Source: Candidatus Caldarchaeum sp. (GTDB lineage: Archaea > Thermoproteota > Nitrososphaeria_A > Caldarchaeales > Caldarchaeaceae). From it: 64,000 nt of DNA. The notes under the pieces are model-generated. The model ran no database searches. It saw nothing but the letters and a program-made list of their open reading frames with translations, and had not been told where the DNA came from. How positions within the stretch are numbered: the stretch's first letter is position 1; each line of letters starts with the position of its first letter. Positions 35,424 to 45,745 of the stretch are shown here, piece by piece. Location: the NCBI GenBank assembly GCA_038844785.1, contig JAWBRA010000009.1, forward strand, positions 3,295 to 67,294. Direction: 5' to 3'. A program made the translations under genes and the position numbers.

Positions 35424-36288
35424 CCCTCATGAACGTTTCCATATCGTTGACATACTGGTCTACTGACTTGTCGCCGAAATAGAGTACAAAGTAGGAGACT
35501 CCCAGATCGTGATAATCTTCCAGAACCTCGGATACATAGTCTACGTTGCCTGAAAGGATTGCTCTCTCCTCGCCTAGCCTTGACTTAGTCAACCTTGGTG
35601 ACTTTCCTGTGAAATCCACTGTAAGCCGTCCGGATATGACGAAACCGTCCTTGACCCTGACTTCATGAAGCCGTTGGGCCAGTTTATCTAACGGCATCCC
35701 TGTAAAATGCCATCCTTCAGCCAAAGATAAAGCCCTGCTGAATGCTTTCTCGCTGTTTCCGCCAACCCATACAGGGGGGCCGCCGGCCTGGACCGGCTTG
35801 GGTTCGAAAACTCCCGCCTCGACGTTGTAGTAACGGCCTTTGAACGATACATCCCCTCCACGCCATAGAGTTTTGACAAGCTTGAGCGCTTCATCAAACC
35901 TTTTCCCCCTGTTGTTGAACCTCATGCTCAGGTTTTCGAACTCCTCCACACACCATCCGGCGCCGAAACCGGCTATGACCCTTCCACCGCTTAAAACATC
36001 GATAGACGCCAGAGCTTTTGCCACCTGAACAGGCTCTCTCATCGGCAGTATGATGACCGAAGAACCTATCTTCACTTCTTCCGTCAAAGACGCGGCATAC
36101 GCCATCGTCGTCAACGCCTCCAATATGTTTCCGTAGGGATATCTCTGGGATGGGGGTAGCAAAAGATGGTCTGTAGCCCATACAGAGTCGTACTCCATCT
36201 CCTCAGCCTCCTCCGCAACTCTTTTGACGGCTTCGCGTGAAAGATGTTTTCCGAAGTTAGGAAGGCAGACGCCGAAAACAGGCTTCAA
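35401..36288 (-). CDS. Luciferase-like monooxygenase family (F420/flavin-dependent) oxidoreductase
   Basis: 295 aa TIM-barrel LLM-like protein (..GFGAGW.., ..VWVGG..). The 3' end overlaps the ctaA start by 23 nt. Confidence 0.6.
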   Translation of the reverse strand: MKPVFGVCLPNFGKHLSREAVKRVAEEAEEMEYDSVWATDHLLLPPSQRYPYGNILEALTTMAYAASLTEEVKIGSSVIILPMREPVQVAKALASIDVLSGGRVIAGFGAGWCVEEFENLSMRFNNRGKRFDEALKLVKTLWRGGDVSFKGRYYNVEAGVFEPKPVQAGGPPVWVGGNSEKAFSRALSLAEGWHFTGMPLDKLAQRLHEVRVKDGFVISGRLTVDFTGKSPRLTKSRLGEERAILSGNVDYVSEVLEDYHDLGVSYFVLYFGDKSVDQYVNDMETFMRDVASSYV

Positions 36289-36290
36289 CC

Positions 36291-37640
36291 CTAACCACCC
36301 GCTGCTTTTTTCGCTATTGTGATGGCTTTACGTACCACTTCAACCGGGTCTTGGCCTAAAATAAGCGCCATCGGCTCCTTGCCAACGTCGCCGAGATGGT
36401 ATATGATGTCCGTGATGCCGCCTGCGTTTTTCACAGCCTCCTCCACACCCCAAGGAATAGTCATGCCCTCGACTCTCTTAATTTCTTCAGGTTCCTTTGC
36501 CCTATCGTAAAACGAGACGGAGAAGTTAGCGGCCTCAAAAGTTTTAAGAAGATTTTCATCAACCCGGATGTTCATTGCGCTTCTGATCGTCGGGTCGTGT
36601 TTCATCACGGTTAAAACAGCTTTCGCAACATGTTTTGAGCCTCCGAACCACGGTTCCGAAACAGGCTTGAACCCGTCGCCCACTCTGACTATCCTGCCCG
36701 GTATCGAAGCAACATCTTCCACATCCGCGGCGTCCTCGAGAGCCATCACAAGGTTTGAACCTGATTCAGGTATTAGGCTGGCGAACTCGTCTACATCTTT
36801 AAGCATTTCCAAGGCCCGCTTCAAGCTCTTCAAAGCCATCATCCTACATCCTTGCTCGTAAATCCATCCAGTAGGGTGTATTGGCCCGTATCCCTTTCCT
36901 AACGCCAACCCTCGTTTCACCGCCTCCACGACGAAACGCTGTGCCATCCTCACCGCATGTGGAATTTTGTGGCCTTTAGCCAAGTTGGCGGCTATGGCTG
37001 AGGCGAAGGAGCAGCCCGTGCCGTGTGTGTTTCTGGTCACTACCTTGTCCGACTCGAACATGTATGTGTTTCCGGCGTATAATAGAACGTCTACGGAGTT
37101 CGCCCCCATTAGGTGGCCTCCTTTCACAACCACTGCTTCAGGGCCTTTAGCTGCCAGTTTCTCAGCGGCGTAAACCATGTCCTCCGTCGACGATATCTCA
37201 ACGCCTGTTAACAATGATGCCTCGTAAATGTTGGGTGTGACTACAGTGGCAAGCGGTAGCAGCTTCTCTACAAGCGTTTGGACAGCCTCGTCTCTCAGCA
37301 GCCTAGCTCCGCTCTTAGCCACCGCCACCGGGTCGACGACTATTGGAACGTTGGTTTTCGACAGCTCGTCCGACACTGCCTCGATTATCTCGCTGCTGAA
37401 AAGCATGCCTGTTTTGACGGCGTCAACCCCTATGTCCTCAACCACAACCTTTATCTGCTCTCTGACGATCTCCGCGGGTATTGGCTGGATGGCGGTAACT
37501 TTCTCGGTGTTTTGAGCTGTTATGCAGGTTATGGCGGACATGCCGTGTACCCCGTGGGCTGCGAATGTTTTGAGGTCGGCTTGTATGCCCGCCCCGCCCC
37601 CGGAATCCGAGCCGGCTACCGTTAAAACTCGTTTAACCAT
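36291..37640 (-). CDS. thiDN: Bifunctional hydroxymethylpyrimidine/phosphomethylpyrimidine kinase ThiD fused to ThiN thiamine-phosphate synthase (ThiDN)
   Basis: 449 aa. N-terminal ThiD region ([21 protein letters not shown]) and a C-terminal roughly 180-aa ThiN-like domain. Confidence 0.8.
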   Translation of the reverse strand: MVKRVLTVAGSDSGGGAGIQADLKTFAAHGVHGMSAITCITAQNTEKVTAIQPIPAEIVREQIKVVVEDIGVDAVKTGMLFSSEIIEAVSDELSKTNVPIVVDPVAVAKSGARLLRDEAVQTLVEKLLPLATVVTPNIYEASLLTGVEISSTEDMVYAAEKLAAKGPEAVVVKGGHLMGANSVDVLLYAGNTYMFESDKVVTRNTHGTGCSFASAIAANLAKGHKIPHAVRMAQRFVVEAVKRGLALGKGYGPIHPTGWIYEQGCRMMALKSLKRALEMLKDVDEFASLIPESGSNLVMALEDAADVEDVASIPGRIVRVGDGFKPVSEPWFGGSKHVAKAVLTVMKHDPTIRSAMNIRVDENLLKTFEAANFSVSFYDRAKEPEEIKRVEGMTIPWGVEEAVKNAGGITDIIYHLGDVGKEPMALILGQDPVEVVRKAITIAKKAAGG

Positions 37641-37642
37641 GT

Positions 37643-38902
37643 TTAAGGATGTTGCGAGGTGTTATAAAAGGTGGTCTTTCCCTGTCTGACACCGAGGGAA
37701 GACCTTTCGCCGGCCGTGGTGTGGAAAAGGTGTTCAAGCATTTTCACGTAGGCCTCGGAAGGGGTTATACCTCTTCTAGCCATCATCCGCTTAGCTGTTG
37801 CTAACGCAGACTCGAGAAGAAGCTCGTTTTTCATGTTGGGCGAGTAGATGGTAAACGCTGGGACGTCTTCGGATACATGTCTGTAGAGATGGCTGGAAAC
37901 CCCGATGTTTAACCCGCCTGAAACCAAGCATCCGATGCTGGTTTTGACGTGGTCGCCGAAGAACGAGCCCACAAACTGTCTCCCAGTATCGACTTTTTTC
38001 CCGCAAACATTCACCCTGACTGTTCCGTAGGTGTTTTTCAGGTTAGAGACTGTGGTCCCAGCACCCATGTTTACCCATTCACCTACTATGCTATGGCCGA
38101 GGTATCCGTAATGCCGCTTGTTGGAGTACCCTATGAATACTGAGCTTTCTACCTCTCCCCCAAGCCTGCATACCGGACCTACGCTGCATTCCGAGATTAT
38201 TGAATGGGTGAAAACCATGGTTCCAGGCCCAATGTATGCAGGGCCCACGATTTTTGAGAAAGCCTGTACCACGACGTTTTCGCCAAGGACAACTGGGCCT
38301 TTGCCGCCGTCTATCAGAACGTGTTCTTCCAGCTCGACGTCTTTTCTACAGTATACTTTTCCCGAAACGCCTCTTCGCTTAAGCCGTTTCCCCGCAGCTT
38401 CTGCAGCGATGAGCTTTGGGCTCAGCTCCAGCAAATCCCACGGATAGGTTACTAGCTTGAGAGGTGTTTGTTTCTTTGTAGGGCATGCGGAGTTTATGAT
38501 CTGCGTCGGGTCCCCTCCAGCAAGGCTATCAACCCATTCAGGATGGAGGGTTTTTCCGTCAAGCCGTGCAGCCGCAATCCTACCGTCCACAATTAAAGCT
38601 TCCCCTTTTCTCAAGCGGTTAACATATTTACTGGCTTCTAGGTCAAGAACCAGACATCCGTTAACGAAGATCAAATCCTCCTCCACAGGCTGCCTGTTGA
38701 CAAGCGTTTTGGGATTTCTTTCACGGACAACTTCTCCGAGATACCTTCTTGTGAATAGGTAAACCGCTCGATTTTCCGATAGGTGTTTTAACATTTTATG
38801 GAGTAGTGTTGAGGTTCCGCAGAAGAGCTCGTAAACCGCCCTCGTATCGGTGAGAGGACCGAAGTTTTTAGCTGCCTGGTCTTCAAAAACGCAGAGGGCC
38901 AC
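37643..38902 (-). CDS. Nucleotidyltransferase-like / left-handed beta-helix (hexapeptide repeat) protein
   Basis: 419 aa. The N-terminus resembles a sugar-phosphate nucleotidyltransferase but has a degenerate G-loop (AAKNFGPLT). The C-terminal half is rich in hexapeptide repeats ([LIV]G..). Confidence 0.45.
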   Translation of the reverse strand: MALCVFEDQAAKNFGPLTDTRAVYELFCGTSTLLHKMLKHLSENRAVYLFTRRYLGEVVRERNPKTLVNRQPVEEDLIFVNGCLVLDLEASKYVNRLRKGEALIVDGRIAAARLDGKTLHPEWVDSLAGGDPTQIINSACPTKKQTPLKLVTYPWDLLELSPKLIAAEAAGKRLKRRGVSGKVYCRKDVELEEHVLIDGGKGPVVLGENVVVQAFSKIVGPAYIGPGTMVFTHSIISECSVGPVCRLGGEVESSVFIGYSNKRHYGYLGHSIVGEWVNMGAGTTVSNLKNTYGTVRVNVCGKKVDTGRQFVGSFFGDHVKTSIGCLVSGGLNIGVSSHLYRHVSEDVPAFTIYSPNMKNELLLESALATAKRMMARRGITPSEAYVKMLEHLFHTTAGERSSLGVRQGKTTFYNTSQHP

Positions 38903-38907
38903 GACCT

Positions 38908-39486
38908 TTAAAAGAGTTGCTCGGAATTAAGCCTAACTTTAATGTCCATCAAAGTCAGCAAGCGTTCAACTCTCTCCCTTTCCTTTGACGACAGCCCGGT
39001 ACCATAGTCTTCGGCAAGTTTTCTACCGTAGTAGGCGGTTGCGACGAAAGTCTCTGATTTACCCACGTACTCCATTAGTTCTTCAACCTCGGCTCCATGG
39101 AGAAATATGGTTAAGTCGTTGACAGCCAGAAACGCGGTCGGGTTTGCTGCGTACGTTTTAAAACATTTCCGAGCCTCCGCCACATTATGACTCACATACC
39201 TGAGCACATCACCGGCGTTGCAGGCCATCAGCCTCGGCGCGTAGACTTTTGACGGCCTGCAATATCTAAAGATTCCAACGTCGATGTACTGTGTTATGGG
39301 GCCGCCAACGTCGCCTAGTTTCTGGGGCGCCAAGTCGATCACAGTTATTTCGGCAGGGTTGAGGTGTTTTGACAGGTCGTTCAACAGGGTTGCCAGCAGC
39401 CGTGTCTTCCCGGTTCCTGCCTCGCCGTAGATGATTGTCCGTTTAAAGAGGAGGTTTTTGACGTCAATACTCAAGCCTTCTGCCAA
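38908..39486 (-). CDS. P-loop NTPase, uncharacterized
   Basis: 192 aa with Walker A (GEAGTGKT). No further family assignment is possible by eye. Confidence 0.5.
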   Translation of the reverse strand: MAEGLSIDVKNLLFKRTIIYGEAGTGKTRLLATLLNDLSKHLNPAEITVIDLAPQKLGDVGGPITQYIDVGIFRYCRPSKVYAPRLMACNAGDVLRYVSHNVAEARKCFKTYAANPTAFLAVNDLTIFLHGAEVEELMEYVGKSETFVATAYYGRKLAEDYGTGLSSKERERVERLLTLMDIKVRLNSEQLF

Positions 39487-40094
39487 ACCTTCGTCTTAGC
39501 GGGAAGTAGACGTTCAAGAACCCCGTATCTCTCCGCGGCAACAAGGAACAGGAATCCTGCGAAAGCTCCTGTCAAAGAGCTTATCGCCCATCCGCCCCAG
39601 AGGATGAGCAGCGCGGGGAAGAAACCAAAATTCTGTACGCTGCGAAGCATCGCCGCCGCCGGCCCGACTGCCGGGCCCACTGCTGGCGCGACAACAGTGA
39701 GGGCTAACGTTCCCCCGATCAAAACTGTTCCGATGGGTTCTGCGAGTGCTGCGGCGTATCTAATTTTGGATGTGGTGAGACGTGAAACCAACATGTAGGC
39801 TAACCCTACGAGTATGGCTCCAGGTATGCCGCCAGGATAAGCGAATATCGTACCGGTTCCCAGCATAATCCTCACCGTGCCTATGATTGTTGCTATCACA
39901 GCGCCCCAGAAGGGGCCGAGCAGGATGCCTGAAAGAACGTTTATGAAGTGTTGTCCGGGAAAGGCTCTCGACCCCAGCCATTCAAACATCATTGGGGATA
40001 TTACGATGCCTAAGGCGCTTAAGGCTGATGCGAGCGCAACTTTCTTCGTTGTCTCTGTTCGTGACATTTCGATGTTATTAGACGCCGTCATCAT
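39471..40094 (-). CDS. ECF-transporter S-component-like membrane protein (ThiW-like)
   Basis: 207 aa with 5-6 TM helices, Gly-rich. Located 2.4 kb from thiDN, separated by two intervening genes. The family call is tentative. Confidence 0.4.
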   Translation of the reverse strand: MMTASNNIEMSRTETTKKVALASALSALGIVISPMMFEWLGSRAFPGQHFINVLSGILLGPFWGAVIATIIGTVRIMLGTGTIFAYPGGIPGAILVGLAYMLVSRLTTSKIRYAAALAEPIGTVLIGGTLALTVVAPAVGPAVGPAAAMLRSVQNFGFFPALLILWGGWAISSLTGAFAGFLFLVAAERYGVLERLLPAKTKVWQKA

Positions 40095-40118
40095 ATAAGC
40101 ATAGTGATAAGTCGCTTA

Positions 40119-40532
40119 TTACCACACCCAGAAGCGGCTCGTCAAATAGTTAACAACCGTTCCCACAACAACCGCTATCAGGTTTGATACTAGGTAATAT
40201 AGTCCGGCAAAGTCCGTCAAAAGGTAGAGGGTCAAGAGGCTTGTGGCCGCGCCCAAAAGCCTCGAGCCGTGGAACTTAAGCATCCTTTTTAAAAAGCCGC
40301 TCTTGCCTGCTCTGTCACGGAACGTCCAGTACTCGTTGAGCATGAAGTTGTTTATTATCGCGGCCTCCATAGCGAAGACCGCTGAAACCATGTAAAGCTT
40401 TTCGCCGAAGACGTACGTCGTCAGCAAGTAAAGCATTGCTGTGTTGATTAAGAGTCCTACACCCCCCACGACCGCGAACTTGAAGAACCTCACAGGCTCG
40501 AAAAGGTTGAGAAGGTTTCTTAACATTCCCAT
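40119..40532 (-). CDS. GtrA-family membrane protein
   Basis: 137 aa with 4 TM helices. Typical GtrA N-terminus (FKFAVVGGVGLLINTAMLYLLT). Confidence 0.7.
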   Translation of the reverse strand: MGMLRNLLNLFEPVRFFKFAVVGGVGLLINTAMLYLLTTYVFGEKLYMVSAVFAMEAAIINNFMLNEYWTFRDRAGKSGFLKRMLKFHGSRLLGAATSLLTLYLLTDFAGLYYLVSNLIAVVVGTVVNYLTSRFWVW

Positions 40533-40538
40533 TTGTTT

Positions 40539-41627
40539 TCACTCCAAGTAGCTGGACAGCTTACTCTGCCCTAGACGCTTTTTAAGTCCTGAAAACCTCA
40601 CACCAGCCCTTCGAAGGACCATCCCCCCATCCTCCTGCAAAAGTTCTTCGAAAAGTTGTTTAACAGCCTTCATTGTCTCCTCAAAATGTGCTCCGGGCCT
40701 TATTTGTGTTTGCCTAGTGACCGTTCTGAGGTCGGCTGTGATGGCTACAATCCCAACTTTCGTTGCCTCGAGGCTGTATGTTTCAAGCCTTGCTAAGACG
40801 ACGTTCACAACAGGAGCTAGCGCAGAAACTATTTCCTCTAGGTCTTTGGTGTTCCTCTTTAAAGTTATAATCTTGCTCACCTGCTTCACGGTTCCCTTCT
40901 CTTGTATGGGTTCGTCGAACTCGCCGCGGGATGCAAGATAGATGTAGCGGGCCTTCTTGGGGCCGAAAAGCTTTTCCAAGACTTCTATGGGCTGGGCGGC
41001 TAGGTCGCCTATTGTTTTAACCCCCATGTCCTCCAGTAAAGCCTCGGCTTTAACGCCTATGCCGGGAAGGGCTGAGACTGGCAACGGCTTGAGAAAATCT
41101 AACACCTCCTCCGGCCTAACAGTTTTCAAGCCGTCGGGCTTGGCTGAATCGGCTGCAATCTTAGCAACCACTCTGTTGGGTGCTATACCTATACTGCATT
41201 TCAAACCCATTTTGTCCCTTAGCTCTTTCTTCAGCTCTATGGCCAGCTCCTCCGCTTTTTTGAAATCCTTCCCTACAACCTCTGTGATATCCATGACGGC
41301 TTCGTCAATGCTTTCAACACGCACTCTGTCGGTGTACTTTTCAAGCATTGCCATCACCTGCCTCGAGACCGCTGCATAGTGTTCCAGCCTGACGGGAAGG
41401 TAGACCGCGTCGCTTGGGAGAAGATGTTTTGCCCTTTTTATCGGCATCCCGGCCTTAACCCCGTATTTTCTTGCTAGGTAGTTGGCTGAGCTGACGACAC
41501 CGCTGTCCTCAGTTCTTCCAGAATAAACGCATACAACTAGAGGCCTGATTCTGTAGGAAGGGTTTTCAACCTCCTCTACCTGTGCGAAAAAGTAGTCGAG
41601 GTCCATGAACAAAACTATTTTGCTCAA
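40539..41627 (-). CDS. dinB: DNA polymerase IV (Y-family, Dpo4/DinB)
   Basis: 362 aa. N-terminus FMDLDYFFAQVE, with SIDEA and a little-finger domain. Confidence 0.85.
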   Translation of the reverse strand: MSKIVLFMDLDYFFAQVEEVENPSYRIRPLVVCVYSGRTEDSGVVSSANYLARKYGVKAGMPIKRAKHLLPSDAVYLPVRLEHYAAVSRQVMAMLEKYTDRVRVESIDEAVMDITEVVGKDFKKAEELAIELKKELRDKMGLKCSIGIAPNRVVAKIAADSAKPDGLKTVRPEEVLDFLKPLPVSALPGIGVKAEALLEDMGVKTIGDLAAQPIEVLEKLFGPKKARYIYLASRGEFDEPIQEKGTVKQVSKIITLKRNTKDLEEIVSALAPVVNVVLARLETYSLEATKVGIVAITADLRTVTRQTQIRPGAHFEETMKAVKQLFEELLQEDGGMVLRRAGVRFSGLKKRLGQSKLSSYLE

Positions 41628-41687
41628 CCCCTACAAACCACGTTAAAGACGTATAAATTCATGTTTCTAGTATTGTTCTGTGTAAAA

Positions 41688-42647
41688 ATGGCTAGGGTTG
41701 CTGTTGCTAAGGGAAAGGAGCTTATGATGTACAGCTTCCCAGAACCTCATCCGCTCAACAAGATAAGGCTTGAACGGTTTTATGAGCTGCTGGGCAGGGA
41801 AGAATCGGTTGTTAAAAACGTCGGCTTCGTAAAACCCGTCAAAGCCGGTTACGATGAGATTGTTCTTTTCCACACCGAGAAGTATGTTAGGTTTGTGGAG
41901 GAGAAGTGTAGACAGGGCTATGGCTATTTGGACTACGGTGACACTCCGGCCTTTCCCGGCTGTTTTGAAGCAGCGTCATACGTTGTTGGAACAACTCTGG
42001 ACGTTTTGAAGAGGATACTGAGAGGGGAGTTTGCAGCCGGCTTCAATCCTATGGGCGGGCTTCATCACGCCCGACGTGATAGGGCAGGTGGTTTCTGCAT
42101 TTTTAACGACGCAGCCGTTGCAATCGAATACCTGCTGAAGGTCGAGCGGGTCAACAACGTAGCCTACGTAGACATAGACGCCCATCACGGCGATGGTGTC
42201 TGCTACGACTTCTACAGCGATGAACGCGTTATATACGCCGACATCCATCAGGATGGGAGAACACTTTACCCGGGAACAGGTTTTAGGCATGAGACCGGCG
42301 AGGGAAGGGCTAAAGGTAGAAAGCTAAACATACCTCTACTGCCTTTCTCGGGGGACGGCGAGTTCTTCAAAGCATTCGAGGAGGTTGAAAACTTTCTCAG
42401 ACAGTTTGAGTTTGATTTTCTCTTGCTTCAATGTGGTGCTGACGGACTTTTAGGCGACCCTCTGACAAACCTACAGTACTCTCCAGAGACACATCTTCAC
42501 GCCGCCACGTTTCTGAAGAAAATCGCCGAGGAAAAATGTGATGGTAAAATCTTAGCCATGGGGGGAGGCGGCTACAATCCAGACAATGTCGCGAGAGCGT
42601 GGACAGCGGTCGTGAAAGCCCTTGCCCATGAGAGTGAACATAGGTAA
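41688..42647 (+). CDS. Histone deacetylase / acetoin utilization AcuC family
   Basis: Has DIDAHHGDG and other HDAC Zn-ligand contexts. The start is proposed at the internal Met (MARVAV..), because TATAAAT lies about 30 nt upstream. The maximal ORF starts at 41661. Confidence 0.75.
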   Translation: MARVAVAKGKELMMYSFPEPHPLNKIRLERFYELLGREESVVKNVGFVKPVKAGYDEIVLFHTEKYVRFVEEKCRQGYGYLDYGDTPAFPGCFEAASYVVGTTLDVLKRILRGEFAAGFNPMGGLHHARRDRAGGFCIFNDAAVAIEYLLKVERVNNVAYVDIDAHHGDGVCYDFYSDERVIYADIHQDGRTLYPGTGFRHETGEGRAKGRKLNIPLLPFSGDGEFFKAFEEVENFLRQFEFDFLLLQCGADGLLGDPLTNLQYSPETHLHAATFLKKIAEEKCDGKILAMGGGGYNPDNVARAWTAVVKALAHESEHR

Positions 42648-43206
42648 GAAGGGCGTAAGATGCTTAGGGATAGCTGAAAGCTTCAGGAAGGAAATCGGAA
42701 GCAAAGCCATGCTAGCCGGCGTAGTTATGCGCTCAGACCTACTGGTAGACGGGCTGGTGCTCAACAGCTGCACCGTCGGCGGCATGGACTCAACAGACTC
42801 GATAATATCGATGTGGAAAACCTTGGACAGAGACGACATAAACTTCATTCTCCTGGGGGGGAGTGTGATAAGCTGGTTCAACGTTGTAAACCTACGGCAG
42901 CTATACGAAGCAACCTCAACACCCCTCATCTGCATAACCTACAGGGAGTCCGACGGGTTGGATGAGGTGTTTAAAAAAAGGTTTCCCGATGACTGGATGC
43001 AAAGGCTTGAAATCCACAGAGGAAACGGCGAAAGGCTCCCTGTTATCCTGAAGACAGGATACAAACTTTTTGTACGATGCTTTGGGATTGATGTCGATGA
43101 TGCTAAGAAACTGCTTGATAAATTTACTCTCGAAGGCCGGTATCCTGAGCCCGTGCGTTTAGCGAAAATGTTGGCGCGGAGTGTTTTGAGGCTCAAACAA
43201 TTTTAA
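42622..43206 (+). CDS. DUF99/UPF0215 family protein
   Basis: 194 aa. The N-terminal pattern (VRCLGIAESF...LAGVV) resembles archaeal UPF0215 proteins. Confidence 0.5.
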   Translation: MPMRVNIGKKGVRCLGIAESFRKEIGSKAMLAGVVMRSDLLVDGLVLNSCTVGGMDSTDSIISMWKTLDRDDINFILLGGSVISWFNVVNLRQLYEATSTPLICITYRESDGLDEVFKKRFPDDWMQRLEIHRGNGERLPVILKTGYKLFVRCFGIDVDDAKKLLDKFTLEGRYPEPVRLAKMLARSVLRLKQF

Positions 43207-44251
43207 GCCTCTCCTTGACCGTAGTCGCGGGCGTGCTCACGAATGCTGGAAAACCATCTGCAGTCACTTCAACGCCTTTCTCAAGCACTGTTTTCTCGCA
43301 TAAAATCGAGTTATGAAGCTTTGAGCCGGGACCTACGTAGCAGTCCTCTAAAATCACGCTGGTTTTAACAACGCTCCCGGCAGCTATTTTCACACCCCCG
43401 CAGATCATTGTCGGCCCCTCGACCACACAATTGTCTTCGATCACGGTTCCTTCGCCTATTATGAGAGGGCCTTTTAGCGAAACCTTGTCTCCAAAGTAGG
43501 CTTTTTGTTCAACCATCACTCCGCTGCCTAAAAGCTTGCCGATGTAGGCTTGGTTGGCCGCGAGGTAGTCAGCCGGTCTACCTATGTCAAACCACCATCC
43601 CTTCTCCAAAAACATCACACCTATCCTCACCCCCCTAGCCACAAGGCTGTTCAGAGCGTCTGTAAGCTCTATTTCACCCCTTACGGAGGGTGTTGTTTTA
43701 TCCAGCTCTTCGAAGACGGCGCCGCCGAGTATGTATATTCCAGCGTTGACTGGGCCGGGGAGTTTTCTTTTTTCCACAACCCTATTCAGCAACCCATCTC
43801 TTGTTTCAACCACGCCGTAGGCTCCGGTTTCGTCAACTTCAACAGCCGCCAACACGCCATCAAGTTTACTTTGTTTAAAGAAATCTAGAAGCGCGGTCAA
43901 AACCTCTGGAGTGAGGGTTATGTCGCCGTAAACAACGAGAAAATGGTCTTCCCCAGCTAGAAAACCCATGCATTCTCTAAGGGCCGCTCCCGTGCCCATG
44001 ATTTTCTCCTGGTATATGTACTCCAGCTTAACATCGTCAAACTTTTTCAACGCCCTCACGATTTCCTCGGAGCGGTATCCAAGCAGGATACCTATCTCGG
44101 CTATACCGGCTTTAACTAAGGCTTCTACGGTGTGGCTGATGAGAGGTTTACCAGCCAACGGCAGGACGTGCTTAGGCCTGCCGGCCGTGAGAGGCATCAA
44201 CCTCTTTCCATAACCAGCGGCCAGGATTACCGCCTTCAACCCAGAATCCAT
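43193..44251 (-). CDS. Sugar-1-phosphate nucleotidyltransferase with C-terminal LbH domain (GlmU/RmlA-like)
   Basis: G-loop AVILAAGYGKRLMPLT, with C-terminal hexapeptide repeats. The start is proposed at Met40 (MDSGLK..). The maximal ORF reaches 44368. Confidence 0.75.
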   Translation of the reverse strand: MDSGLKAVILAAGYGKRLMPLTAGRPKHVLPLAGKPLISHTVEALVKAGIAEIGILLGYRSEEIVRALKKFDDVKLEYIYQEKIMGTGAALRECMGFLAGEDHFLVVYGDITLTPEVLTALLDFFKQSKLDGVLAAVEVDETGAYGVVETRDGLLNRVVEKRKLPGPVNAGIYILGGAVFEELDKTTPSVRGEIELTDALNSLVARGVRIGVMFLEKGWWFDIGRPADYLAANQAYIGKLLGSGVMVEQKAYFGDKVSLKGPLIIGEGTVIEDNCVVEGPTMICGGVKIAAGSVVKTSVILEDCYVGPGSKLHNSILCEKTVLEKGVEVTADGFPAFVSTPATTVKERLKIV

Positions 44252-44282
44252 TATAACCAGCTCAATATAACAATAGCAGGAC

Positions 44283-45302
44283 ATGGTGCTGTACCTGATT
44301 GGCGGAGGTCTTGGGGGGAAAGGCTCCCTGACCAACGACGCCGAGGAAGCGTTAAGAGAGTGCGACATAGTGTACGTAGATACTTACACGAGCATGTGGA
44401 GTGAAGACTTCCTTCAATATGTGAAAGATATCGTTAAGAAGATGGTGGTAGCTGATCGCAAGATTCTTGAGGATGGGGCTAACAGTATTGTAAACGAGGC
44501 GTGCAGCAAACTTGTTGGGGTGCTTACCCCTGGCGACCCGTTGATAGCTACGACGCACGCAGCCCTGTGGGCGCTGGCCGTCCGCAAAAACGTGGGTGTG
44601 AAGATAATTAACGGCGTCTCGATAATTTCGGCTGCAATCAGCGTCTCAGGCCTTCACGTCTACAAATTCGGAAAGATAGCGACAGTACCGAAGGCTGACG
44701 AGGTCGAAATGTATGTTCAGCCTTTGCTGACACTCGAGGAAAACCTGTCAAGGGGGCTGCATACTCTGTTTCTTCTGGACACAGCAGAAGGTGGGCTTAC
44801 TGCATGCGCAGCTGTTGAAAACCTGCTGCAAGCAGCCAGGCGGATGGGGCGAGAAGTATTTAGAGACGATATGCTGTCGATTGTAGTCGCTAAGCTTGGT
44901 TCGGAAGATGCTTTGGTAAAAGCATGCTTGGCCAAGGATATAGTGGGTCTGAGCCTCCCACCGCCTCCACACTGTCTTATAATACCCTCAAGCCTACATT
45001 TCTCTGAGCGTGAAATAGTGAAAACATATGCGGTGAGCCCTGAGGTTTTGGACAAAGCCGCGGCCGTGAACCCGTTCGTCGGCAGGGTAAGCAAGTACGT
45101 CGAAAAATGCAGGACAGTCTTAAAATACGTATCCAGGCGCAAGAGTTTAGAGGAATATGTTAATTACGTAAGAAGTTACGTTGATGATGCGGAGAAATTC
45201 ATGCAGTCGGGCGACATGATGAATTCGCTGCTTTCCATAGGATATGCCGAAGGGCTGCTGGACGCGTTGAGGCTTATGAAGGAGGTGGATTTTAAGTGGT
45301 GA
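44283..45302 (+). CDS. dph5: Diphthine synthase (Dph5) with C-terminal extension
   Basis: 339 aa with a tetrapyrrole-methylase fold. Motifs YLIGGGLG, GDPLIATTH, GLHVYKFGK and LHTLFLLD are present. The extra roughly 80 aa at the C-terminus are unusual. Confidence 0.75.
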   Translation: MVLYLIGGGLGGKGSLTNDAEEALRECDIVYVDTYTSMWSEDFLQYVKDIVKKMVVADRKILEDGANSIVNEACSKLVGVLTPGDPLIATTHAALWALAVRKNVGVKIINGVSIISAAISVSGLHVYKFGKIATVPKADEVEMYVQPLLTLEENLSRGLHTLFLLDTAEGGLTACAAVENLLQAARRMGREVFRDDMLSIVVAKLGSEDALVKACLAKDIVGLSLPPPPHCLIIPSSLHFSEREIVKTYAVSPEVLDKAAAVNPFVGRVSKYVEKCRTVLKYVSRRKSLEEYVNYVRSYVDDAEKFMQSGDMMNSLLSIGYAEGLLDALRLMKEVDFKW

Positions 45303-45745
45303 AGCAAAAAGTTGTCCTTACCACAGGAGCCTTCGACATACTTCACCTAGGACATATGAAGATGTTTTCCGACGCGAAGAAGATCGGCGGACCTAGGTCA
45401 AAGCTCGTCGTCCTGGTTGCGTCTGACAAGACGGTTTTGAAGAATAAGCGGAGGCCGCCTGTGTTCGCGGCCAGAGAGCGTAAGAAAATGGTAGAGTTCT
45501 TGAAGCCTGTCGACGAGGCGATTGTGGGCTACGACCCGCTGTCCTTCGAGAAGGTGCTGAAAAAAGTTAAACCTGACATCGTGGCTTTCGGCTACGACCA
45601 GACAAGAATAAAGAAAGCATTCTTGAAATTCTGCAGAGAACGAGGGCTGAAGATAAAGGTTGTTACTCTGAGAAAGCATAAAGTCAACCCTATGAGCAGC
45701 AGCGACGTGCTAAGACGTATCCTGCGTAGAAGATTGAGAAGTTAA
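45296..45745 (+). CDS. ribL: Cytidylyltransferase-like FAD synthase (RibL-like)
   Basis: 149 aa with the nucleotidyltransferase HxGH motif (GAFDILHLGH), about the same size as archaeal RibL. Confidence 0.65.
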   Translation: MVKQKVVLTTGAFDILHLGHMKMFSDAKKIGGPRSKLVVLVASDKTVLKNKRRPPVFAARERKKMVEFLKPVDEAIVGYDPLSFEKVLKKVKPDIVAFGYDQTRIKKAFLKFCRERGLKIKVVTLRKHKVNPMSSSDVLRRILRRRLRS

